Shown piece after piece: positions 40,725-48,956 of a stretch of DNA of 64,000 nucleotides. The DNA is from Pseudomonadota bacterium (GTDB taxonomy: Bacteria > Pseudomonadota > Gammaproteobacteria > Burkholderiales > Thiobacillaceae). The notes under the pieces are model-generated. The model worked only from the letters and a program-made list of their open reading frames with translations. It was not told the origin of the DNA and did not search any database. The stretch spans positions 40,471 to 104,470 of the forward strand of contig JBDRCF010000012.1 of NCBI GenBank assembly GCA_043821985.1, in the 5' to 3' direction. Position 1 is the first letter of the stretch. Every line of letters starts with the position of its first letter. The position numbers were made by a program, and so were the translations under genes.

Positions 40725-40810
40725 AGCATGTCCCCCGCCATGCTGCGCCTCTCGGTCGGGCTGGAAAATGCGGACGACCTGTCGCCGATCTTTATCAGGT
40801 ACTTGCATGA
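40725..40810 (+). pseudogene. C-terminal remnant of a Cys/Met-metabolism PLP enzyme (MetB/MetY family)
   Basis: MLRLSVGLENADDL, then after a 1-nt slip ADLYQVLA*: the family's terminal motif. Confidence 0.65.
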
Positions 40811-41055
40811 GCGAGCCCGTCCATCTTGACTGCAACGCCACCACGCCGATCGACCTATGGGTCGACGAGAAGGTATCGCTTTATCTGTGGTTGCACTATG
40901 GCAATCTGCCATCCGACCATGTTTACGGGCGTGCCGCCAAGGCGGCGGTGCATCAGGCACGCGCTGGGGTGGCGGCGCGGATTCATGTTCGCTGGTTGTC
41001 CAACCGACAGGCGGCCGATGCCTTGATCCGTGCCTGGCGGTCACTGACGGAATGA
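40807..41055 (+). pseudogene. Cysteine desulfurase (IscS/NifS family) remnant with large internal deletion
   Basis: VHLDCNATTPID...YGNLPSDHVYGRAAKAAVHQARAGVA matches the IscS N-terminus, then jumps to a short tail; only 82 codons. Confidence 0.75.
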
Positions 41056-41693
41056 ATCCCGCCGACTACGACGCCTGGTATGTCACCCCGCGCGGGCGCT
41101 GGATCGGCGAAACCGAATATGCGCTGGCTTCGCGCCTGCTCGCGCCGCAGGCCGGCGACAGCCTGCTCGACGTCGGCTGCGGCACCGGCTGGTTCACCCG
41201 CCGCGTCGCGGCCGACGATCTTGTCGCAACGGGACTCGACTCCAATCCCGCGTGGCTGGATTACGCGCGCGCCCACAGCAGCCCCGCACTGAACTGGGTG
41301 AAGGGCGATGCGCGCGACTTGCCGTTCGCCGACGCCAGCTTCGACCATGTGCTGTCCATCGCCGCGCTGTGCTTCGTCGACGACGAGCGGCAGGCCGTGG
41401 CCGAGATCGTGCGGGTGGCGCGCCGTCGCTTTGCCATCGGCTGGCTCAACCGGTCCAGTCTGCTATACAGAGAAAAAGGCAAAGAAGGCGGAAGCGGCGC
41501 CTATCAGGGGGCTCGCTGGCATACCGTCCGTGAAGTGCGGACACTGTTTTCGGGATTGCCTGTGCGTAACCTGATTGTGCGCTCGGCTATTTTTCTGCCT
41601 TCCGGAACATCCTGGGCCAGGCTGCTGGAACAGGGTGTGCCTGCCGGGCTGCCCTGGGGTGGTCTGCTCGTGCTGCAGGGCGACAAGGCCTGA
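41052..41693 (+). CDS. Class I SAM-dependent methyltransferase
   Basis: LLDVGCGTGWF, GDARDLPFADASFDHV. Confidence 0.93.
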   Translation: MNPADYDAWYVTPRGRWIGETEYALASRLLAPQAGDSLLDVGCGTGWFTRRVAADDLVATGLDSNPAWLDYARAHSSPALNWVKGDARDLPFADASFDHVLSIAALCFVDDERQAVAEIVRVARRRFAIGWLNRSSLLYREKGKEGGSGAYQGARWHTVREVRTLFSGLPVRNLIVRSAIFLPSGTSWARLLEQGVPAGLPWGGLLVLQGDKA

Positions 41694-41755
41694 CCGGGCT
41701 TAACAACGCAGATGCGATCGAAATCGTCATCCGCAACCAAAGGGAGTGAAAAATC

Positions 41756-42637
41756 ATGCGCACATTTTTCCAGCCGGCCATGTGGGCCCTGGGCCTGTTT
41801 GTTTGCGCGGCGGGGGTCGAGGCTGCGGAGCCTACCTACAAGGAAGGCGAAACGATCTTCGTCGAAACCGGCGTCGAAGCCCCCGACCGCAACCCGACCT
41901 GGTATGCGTCGATGGTCGCCAAACCCTATGCACCCGTTTTCGAGATGCTGGCCACGCAAGGTACGCAGGGCCGCTATTACCCGTACACCTATCCGGTCAC
42001 GCTGAAGGACCTGGTGCGCTTCCACGGCCACGACTGCGAAGGGACGACGACCGCGGCGAACGCTGCCTGGGTCGCGTTCAGGATCCTGTTTCCTGACGGC
42101 ATCATCGATCGCAGCGTGCTCTGGGGCATCAGCGGCGAGTCGCCTTGCTGGTCGGACGCGGTGGCCTTCCTCACCGGCGCGCGGCTGCAGTACGGCAACC
42201 TGGGCTTCTTCAAGGACAAGCGCTACAGCCATGCCATCGTCCTGTACCGCGAAGACACCAAGGTGGCGGTGCTCGCGACGTGGAAGGAGGGCATCAACAA
42301 TATCCCCGGCGAGCCGGTCATGCTGCCCGGCAAGGTGAGCTGGCAGCCCAAGGTGACGATGAAGGACGTGGAGGCGCTGAAGGCCGTGGTGAAAAAGGCC
42401 GGCGGCAACCCGACGCCTTACCAGGTCGACCTCATGCGCTACCAGCAATGGGCTCACATCAACGACATCCTCGAACATCCGCTTGAAGAAAGCTACCAGG
42501 CCAAGGTCATCGAGCAATTCAAGTGGGAAGACTGGATCGACCCGGCCAAGACGCTCGCCCAGCCCCACGTGCGCACGGACACCCGTTTGAAGAACTATCC
42601 CTACCGCGACAGGCCGGTTGAGGTGCCCGCCCAGTAG
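41756..42637 (+). CDS. Exported FmdE-like (FHGHxC) domain protein
   Basis: Signal peptide; LVRFHGHDCEG and SPCWSDAVAFLTGAR resemble the FmdE Zn-site motifs. Confidence 0.75.
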   Translation: MRTFFQPAMWALGLFVCAAGVEAAEPTYKEGETIFVETGVEAPDRNPTWYASMVAKPYAPVFEMLATQGTQGRYYPYTYPVTLKDLVRFHGHDCEGTTTAANAAWVAFRILFPDGIIDRSVLWGISGESPCWSDAVAFLTGARLQYGNLGFFKDKRYSHAIVLYREDTKVAVLATWKEGINNIPGEPVMLPGKVSWQPKVTMKDVEALKAVVKKAGGNPTPYQVDLMRYQQWAHINDILEHPLEESYQAKVIEQFKWEDWIDPAKTLAQPHVRTDTRLKNYPYRDRPVEVPAQ

Positions 42638-42643
42638 TCGGGG

Positions 42644-43966
42644 TCAGGTTGACTCGCCTGACGCGTCGGGCGGCCGGGGTTCGATGGGTGCGATCGGCGT
42701 GGCCAGCACCTTGTCGATACGCTTGCCGTCGAGGTCGATCACTTCCAGCCGCCAGTTTTCCCAAGTCATCACGTCGCCAGTCTGCGGCAGCCGTCCGGAC
42801 AGCCACATCACCATTCCGCTCAGCGTGTGATAGCGGCCGCGTTCTTCTTCCGGCACGCTTTTCAAGCCCAGCCGGTCCTTGAGCTCCGGAATGGGGATGA
42901 GACCGTCGAGCAGCCAGGAACCGTCCCCGCGTTGCATCGCCCACGCCTCGTCCGCGCTGCGCGGCTTGAATTCGCCGGTCACCACCTCCAGTACATCCTG
43001 CAGCGTGACCAGGCCGTTGATCTCGCCGTATTCGTCGATGACCAGCATCAGGTGGGTGTCGGACGCGCGGAACTGTACCAGCAGGTCCAGCCCGCTGAGA
43101 CGTTCCGGCACGAATACGGCGGGCTGCAGCGGACCATCCAGGCCAGGTGGCGAACCGGCCAGCATCGCGTCCAGCAGCTGCTTGGCGCTGAGAATGCCCA
43201 GCACCTCGTCGAGTCCGTCGCGGCAGACCGGGAAGCGGGTGTGTTCCGATTCGGCCATGCGACGCAGGTTCTCTGCCAGCGGCAGCGTGGCGTCGAGGTA
43301 GACGATGTCGGCACGCGGCGTCATCAGCGACTCGATCGGACGATCGTCGAGGCGGAACACGTTGCGCACCATCTCATGCTCCTGCCGTTCGATTTCGCCG
43401 GTATCCGAACCCTCCTGCAGCAGGGCATGGATTTCCTCCTCGATGAGGTCCTCGCGCGCAAACGATCGCCGGGCGAACAGCCGTAGCAGCGCATCGGTGG
43501 AGACCGACAGCAGGCGAACGAACGGCCGGGTCAGTCGCGCCAGCAATTGCATGGGGCGTGCGAGCCGGCAGGCCATGCGCTCGGGGTCGATCTGGCCGAT
43601 GCGCTTGGGCACCAGTTCGCCGATCACGATCGTGACATAGGTGATGAGGATTACCATCAGCGCGGTGGCCGCGATCCCGCTCGCCTCGCTTTCCATGCCC
43701 AGCGTCTGCAGCCAGGCCGACAACGGGCCGGCCAGTGCAGCCTGGCCGATGATGCCGTTGAGGATGCCGATCGAGGTGATGCCGACCTGGACCGTCGACA
43801 GAAAACGCGTCGGGTCGTCGTGCAGCTGGATGGCGACGGACGCCGCCCGGTCGCCTTCGTCGGCCAGCCGCGCGAGGCGGGCCCGGCGCGACGTTACCAG
43901 TGCAATTTCCGACATGGCAAACACGCCATTCAATACGATCAGGACGGTCAGGAGCAGGATTTCCAT
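42644..43966 (-). CDS. Hemolysin/CNNM (HlyC/CorC) family protein
   Basis: NGVFAMSEIALV, FLSTVQVGIT, GELVPKRI, CBS pair, VIDEYG, CorC domain. Confidence 0.95.
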   Translation of the reverse strand: MEILLLTVLIVLNGVFAMSEIALVTSRRARLARLADEGDRAASVAIQLHDDPTRFLSTVQVGITSIGILNGIIGQAALAGPLSAWLQTLGMESEASGIAATALMVILITYVTIVIGELVPKRIGQIDPERMACRLARPMQLLARLTRPFVRLLSVSTDALLRLFARRSFAREDLIEEEIHALLQEGSDTGEIERQEHEMVRNVFRLDDRPIESLMTPRADIVYLDATLPLAENLRRMAESEHTRFPVCRDGLDEVLGILSAKQLLDAMLAGSPPGLDGPLQPAVFVPERLSGLDLLVQFRASDTHLMLVIDEYGEINGLVTLQDVLEVVTGEFKPRSADEAWAMQRGDGSWLLDGLIPIPELKDRLGLKSVPEEERGRYHTLSGMVMWLSGRLPQTGDVMTWENWRLEVIDLDGKRIDKVLATPIAPIEPRPPDASGEST

Positions 43967-44010
43967 GGGCAATCCGGTTGCGGGGCGAGAATAGGGTTCC
44001 CGGAAAGGCA

Positions 44011-44041
44011 AAAAAAAGCGGCGCCTCTGGAATGGCGCCGC
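44011..44041 (-). terminator. Intrinsic terminator after Hsp20 gene
   Basis: GCGGCGCC-N8-GGCGCCGC stem with A7 on the + strand. Confidence 0.75.
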
Positions 44042-44062
44042 GCCGGGTTTCCGTGGCGGGGC

Positions 44063-44506
44063 TTACTGGATTGCCAGCTTCCTGGCTGAGTTGGCTGCCT
44101 TCTTCGGCAGGGTCAGCTCCAGCACGCCATCGTTGTATTTGGCCTGGGCCTGGGCTTCGTCGACGTCGTGGGCCAGCGTGAAGCTACGCGACACCTTGCC
44201 GCTGTAACGTTCCGAACGCAGCACTTTCTCGCCTTCTTTCTCTTCCTTCTCCATCTTGGTTTCGGCGCTGATCGAAACCTGGTTGCCTTCGATGCTGACG
44301 TGGATGTCCTCCTTCTTCACGCCCGGAATGTCGGCGTGCACGGTATAGGCATTGTCGTTTTCCTTCACATCCATCTTGATCTGCATTTGCGGCTGGCCTT
44401 CGAAGAGCGCGGGGCGTACGAAAAAGCCCTTGAACAGGTCGTCGATATCGCCAAAGGGGTCGATGCGGGCAAGATTCAACGGATCGTAACGCGAGAGGTT
44501 GGCCAT
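44063..44506 (-). CDS. Hsp20/alpha-crystallin small heat shock protein
   Basis: DIPGVKKEDI, ERYSGKVSRSFTL, AKYNDGVLELTLPK. Confidence 0.96.
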   Translation of the reverse strand: MANLSRYDPLNLARIDPFGDIDDLFKGFFVRPALFEGQPQMQIKMDVKENDNAYTVHADIPGVKKEDIHVSIEGNQVSISAETKMEKEEKEGEKVLRSERYSGKVSRSFTLAHDVDEAQAQAKYNDGVLELTLPKKAANSARKLAIQ

Positions 44507-44745
44507 GATGGTCTCCTATGAAACAGGTTGTCTGACAACGGACGTCGGCCGCAATTGCGGCTACACATTCAATCTAGACCCATATCCCGCCAAATCAAGA
44601 CCCGGGCATCTCCTTATGAGAGGCCAGGCGGATAAGGGGCGAAGGCAGGTTTCTTCCGTGGCGCGGGCACGCCTGGCGGACGGCGTGAAAAGGCGCGCAA
44701 GGCGGCGCGCCAGGAGGGGGAGAGCCGGGAGAAAGCAGGGCGCGC

Positions 44746-45687
44746 TCAATGACCTTTGACGATGCAGTTCCGGCCGTGTTGTTTCGCCTGATAAAGCCGC
44801 TTGTCCACCGTTTCGACGAACGAGAGCGGGTCGTCCTGGTGCGAGGGGATGATCGTGCCGACCCCGAGGCTGACGGTGAGGATCTGGCTGACCGGGGATT
44901 GCGCGTGCGGGATCTGTTCCTTGAAGATCAGGCTGCGGCAGCGCTCGGCGATCTTCGCCGCCGACCCTTCGTCGGTTCCGGGCAGCACCAGCACGAACTC
45001 TTCCCCGCCGAAGCGGGCAAAGAGGTCGCGTGCCCGGGTCGCGGCCGAATTCAGGGTCTGGGCGACCCGTTTCAGGCAGGCATCCCCTTCGATGTGGCCA
45101 TAGGAGTCGTTGTACTGCTTGAAGTAGTCGATGTCGAGCATGATGACCGACAGCGGCTGGTTGTTGCGCCGTGCGTGGGCCCATTCCACTTCCAGGATGG
45201 AGTCGAACATGCGCCGGTTGGCGACGCCGGTCAAACCGTCCTTGAAAGACAGCGCCTCCAGTTCCTTTTGCAGGATGACCAGTTGTTCCTCGGTCTTTTT
45301 CCGCTCGCTGATGTCGAACATGAATCCGACCAGGGCGTCGACTTCGCCGGCATCGTTGCGGACCACGTGTACCACGTCGCGGATCCAGACGTGATCGCCG
45401 TCCTGCGTCAGGGCACGGTAGTCGGCTTCGTGGTCGGTTCCCGCCTTGGACTGCGCGACGCAGAAATTGACCACCCGCTCCCGGTCCTCGGAATGGATCC
45501 GGGTCGCCCAGTCTTCCACGGTCACCCAGCTTGCCGGGGACCAGCCGAGCAGACTTTCGATCTGCGGCCCGATGTAGGCGAAACGCATGGTTTGCCAGTC
45601 GATCTTCCAAGGGATGGCCTTGGTCGATTCCAGCAGGGTCTTGTAGACCGCGCTGTCGATTTCCGTGTCTTTTGAACTGTCAGTCAT
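44746..45687 (-). CDS. PAS-domain diguanylate cyclase
   Basis: PAS (IHSEDRE), DIDYFKQYND.YGH, RFGGEEF with RxxD I-site. Confidence 0.95.
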   Translation of the reverse strand: MTDSSKDTEIDSAVYKTLLESTKAIPWKIDWQTMRFAYIGPQIESLLGWSPASWVTVEDWATRIHSEDRERVVNFCVAQSKAGTDHEADYRALTQDGDHVWIRDVVHVVRNDAGEVDALVGFMFDISERKKTEEQLVILQKELEALSFKDGLTGVANRRMFDSILEVEWAHARRNNQPLSVIMLDIDYFKQYNDSYGHIEGDACLKRVAQTLNSAATRARDLFARFGGEEFVLVLPGTDEGSAAKIAERCRSLIFKEQIPHAQSPVSQILTVSLGVGTIIPSHQDDPLSFVETVDKRLYQAKQHGRNCIVKGH

Positions 45688-45791
45688 TGTGGAGGCACCC
45701 GATCTGCAGGGAAATATGTTCCGCGCCGCTCAGCATACTACGACGCTTCGAGGCGATGGGATTCCGCCCGCCCGGGAGGTGACCATACACC

Positions 45792-47087
45792 TCAGACGCG
45801 CGAAGCGCGAGCAAAAAGCTGCAGCAGATGCGCCGGCTCGTCATAGACAATCCGCTTCCCGGCACGCAGGTCGCGGCGCATCAGATGGATCATGCGGTCC
45901 AGCACGTCTTCCGGGAAGCTTTCCGCTGCCTGGCCCGTGACCTCCGCCAGGCGCCCGGCGATCACGGCCGCATCGCTGACGACCGGGCAGATGCGGTACC
46001 GGTAGGTGCCGCCAATGGCTTCCGGCGGCAGGTCCATGAAGCGCCCCGCCTGCTGGCGGAAAAAGCTCAACGACAGGCGGTAGGCGTTGTTGCCCAGTAT
46101 CGGAAGGTCGTCGGGGACCGGCTCCTCCTCGTCCAGTACCTGAAGCCGCGTGGCCAGCTGCAGCAGCTGATCCAGGCGGTAGCTGGCCTGCATGTGGGGA
46201 TTGCCCACGCGTACCAGATTGGCGATCAATTCGCCCAGCGAGGCATGGCCGATGATCGCCGCCCGCTTGGGCAGCCCGCCCCAGGCGCCATCCGCGCCGT
46301 TGAGCAGCGCCTCGATCACGGACGCATTCTCGAAGCCGCCGCCGGCATGCATGTGTACCAGCAGTTTCAGCGGCGGCGGCAGGAAACTGCGGGCCACCGC
46401 GACGAACGCACCCACCTGGAAGGGCAGGTAAGTTCCACGGTCGTCTTCGATGCTGATGCCTTCGATGGCCTGTTCGGCCAGCAGGCTCAGGATCGAACAG
46501 GCCGTATCGGGATCTTCCGCGAAGGCATCGCAGCCGTCCACGATATTGATCAGGATGCGCGGCTTGCCGCCGTCGTCGCCGCAGATGTTGGCGTTGAGCC
46601 ACGCGATGCTGGCCGGCAGGCTGCGGCGCAGTGTCGCCAGGTCATACTGCCCGGCCATGCCCGCCTTGCTCAGATAGATTTCGTGCAGGGTGTTGGGCAC
46701 GCCATAGGCCTGCAGCTTGCGCTGCGAGGGCGAGGGCGTGAAAGTGCCGTCGGCCGTTGCGATGCCGATGTCGGTGAACGCGAAGCAGCCGTTCATGTCG
46801 GCCTGGTGATCGCGCAGATACATCATGAAATCGTCGTCGACCTCCAGTTCATCCGGCACGGCGTAATCCAGCGTGCCCAGCAGGATGTTGCGGAAGCCGA
46901 ACTCGCGCAGTCTGGGGAGAATGGCCAGCTTGTCTGCGAGCGTCTGGCCCATGCGTGCGCCAACGGGGTTTTCCCGCAGGGAGAGGTCGATCAGATACGG
47001 CTGGATATTGCGGAGCCTATCGATTTTTTCCTGTGCCCCGGCCAGAATGGTGTGGGCCTGGGTGAACGTATCGGGTGAGCGAGGCAT
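45792..47087 (-). CDS. Uncharacterised DRE-TIM metallolyase-like protein
   Basis: IDLSLRE (D-x-x-L-R-E), VHMH, ALLNGADG and GHA are placed as in the HMGL/LeuA superfamily. Confidence 0.65.
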   Translation of the reverse strand: MPRSPDTFTQAHTILAGAQEKIDRLRNIQPYLIDLSLRENPVGARMGQTLADKLAILPRLREFGFRNILLGTLDYAVPDELEVDDDFMMYLRDHQADMNGCFAFTDIGIATADGTFTPSPSQRKLQAYGVPNTLHEIYLSKAGMAGQYDLATLRRSLPASIAWLNANICGDDGGKPRILINIVDGCDAFAEDPDTACSILSLLAEQAIEGISIEDDRGTYLPFQVGAFVAVARSFLPPPLKLLVHMHAGGGFENASVIEALLNGADGAWGGLPKRAAIIGHASLGELIANLVRVGNPHMQASYRLDQLLQLATRLQVLDEEEPVPDDLPILGNNAYRLSLSFFRQQAGRFMDLPPEAIGGTYRYRICPVVSDAAVIAGRLAEVTGQAAESFPEDVLDRMIHLMRRDLRAGKRIVYDEPAHLLQLFARASRV

Positions 47088-47366
47088 GGTTATTCCGGAC
47101 TAAATGAATGGGTTGAGGACGGATAGTCGGGGGCAATGCAAATGCGGCCGCCTCCTATTGTGGAATGACTTTTGTCATTCGCGCTATCCGGCGGCTGGCA
47201 GCATGCCGGCATTCACGGCCGCACAGGCTAGAATAGGGGCAGCCTGAAGGCCGCTCCAGGGAGCGATCCGTGACTCGACAGGATATGCAGCGAGAAATCC
47301 TATGCAGCAACAATGAAGCCCTCATGACCGATCCGGATCGGCTGCCCGCCCCATGGCTGCGCTTGC

Positions 47367-48698
47367 ATGAAGACGAATAGTCCCGTTTCCCTGAACAACG
47401 TCCTGGACCTGCTGCTCGACGCCATCTGTGTCGTGGATATGCAGGGGCACTTTGTGTTCGTCAGCGCCGCGTGCGAACGCATCTTCGGCTACACCCCCGA
47501 AGAGATGATCGGCAAGCCGATGATCGATTTTGTGTTTCATGAAGACCGGCCGCGGACGCTGCAGGCCGCCGCCAAGATCGTCGCCGGCCACCCCCAGCCC
47601 CATTTCGAGAACCGCTATGTACGCAAGGACGGCCAGATCGTCCATGTCATGTGGTCGGCCCGATGGTCCGAGACGGACCAGGTGAGGGTCGCCGTGGCAC
47701 GCGACGTGACCCAACGCAAGCGTGCCGACTCCATGCAGGCGGCCCTGTACGCCATTTCCGAGGCCGCGCACTGGGCGGAGGATCTCGTCACCCTGTTTCA
47801 GCAAATCCATCAGATCATCGGCGGCTTGCTGCCCGCCGCCAATTTCTTCGTATCGCTTTACGATGAAGACAAGGACGCGTTGAGCTTTCCGTATCTGGTC
47901 GACGAACACGACCCGTCGCACAGGGAACCGGATGCGGCGGCGCTGAGCGAGGAGATCATCCGGGGCGGGCAAATTTTGCTGCTGACGCCCGATGCCAAGG
48001 GAAATTCATTGAACTGGCTGGGCGTTCCGCTCAATGCGAAGAAGGGCGTCATCGGGGCCCTCGTGGTGAAGAACTATCACGCCGAGGCCCGCTATACCGT
48101 GGAAGATGTCGAACTGCTGCAGTTTGTCGCCAACCAGGTTGCGCCCGTGATCGAGCGCAAACAGATGGAAGCCTGGCTACAGCACATCGCGCGCCACGAC
48201 CCGCTGACCGGCCTGCCCAACCGCGAACTGTTCCATGATCGCCTGCAGGCCGCGCTGCGCTACGCAGAACGGCACCGAACCCCGCTTGCCCTGCTTTATC
48301 TCGACCTGGACAAATTCAAACAGGTCAACGACGCGCTGGGGCATCCCGTCGGCGACCTTCTCCTGCAGGAAGTGGCCCATCGCCTCAAGCAGTGCGTACG
48401 CGAATCGGACACCATCGGCCGCGTCGGCGGCGACGAGTTCCTGGTGCTGCTCAATGACGTTTCGCCTCCGGAGTGCGCCCTGGTCGTCGCCGAAAAAATC
48501 CGGATAGCTCTCGACCGGCCTTTTGATCTGGCCGGGCATCGGGTACACGTCCCGCCGAGCATCGGCATCGCGCTGTATCCCGAACATTCCGGCGATTACA
48601 CGCAACTGATCCGTCATGCCGACCAGGCGATGTATGACGCCAAGCGGAACGGCGGCAATCGCTTCCAGGTGTCAACCCTGCCCGGTAGTCAGAAGTAA
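47367..48698 (+). CDS. PAS-GAF-GGDEF diguanylate cyclase
   Basis: PAS, GAF (WLGVPL), HDPLTGLPNR, RESD..GRVGGDEF. Confidence 0.95.
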   Translation: MKTNSPVSLNNVLDLLLDAICVVDMQGHFVFVSAACERIFGYTPEEMIGKPMIDFVFHEDRPRTLQAAAKIVAGHPQPHFENRYVRKDGQIVHVMWSARWSETDQVRVAVARDVTQRKRADSMQAALYAISEAAHWAEDLVTLFQQIHQIIGGLLPAANFFVSLYDEDKDALSFPYLVDEHDPSHREPDAAALSEEIIRGGQILLLTPDAKGNSLNWLGVPLNAKKGVIGALVVKNYHAEARYTVEDVELLQFVANQVAPVIERKQMEAWLQHIARHDPLTGLPNRELFHDRLQAALRYAERHRTPLALLYLDLDKFKQVNDALGHPVGDLLLQEVAHRLKQCVRESDTIGRVGGDEFLVLLNDVSPPECALVVAEKIRIALDRPFDLAGHRVHVPPSIGIALYPEHSGDYTQLIRHADQAMYDAKRNGGNRFQVSTLPGSQK

Positions 48699-48864
48699 TC
48701 GGGAATTTCAGTCAACGGCGCTGGGAGCGCCCAGCCCCTTTGGCTGCGTAGGTGAGTCGACCGGTATCGACCCTGGGCGGCCGGTCAGAAAACACGCGAA
48801 AAATGTCCGGTGTTCGGTGCGGCCGTGAAGCAAGCCGACGCTTCAGTCCACTACCGATACCGAT

Positions 48865-48885
48865 CCTGAAGAGACAGTCGTGGCT
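48865..48885. repeat. Left copy of 21-bp inverted repeat bounding the metal cassette
   Basis: CCTGAAgaGACAGTCGTGGCT; its reverse complement matches 61275-61295 at 19/21. Confidence 0.55.
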
Positions 48886-48956
48886 ATCCATCGATCTGTC
48901 TGTTCAGAGGCGGGCAGCGACCAAAAACAAAAAACAACTTATGTCGTGCCGGTTTT

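Noticed and set aside
44572-44599. Sigma32 promoter for Hsp20 (CTTGAT…GGTCTAGAT)
   Set aside because: The -10 element is too far from CCCCATnT to call by eye.
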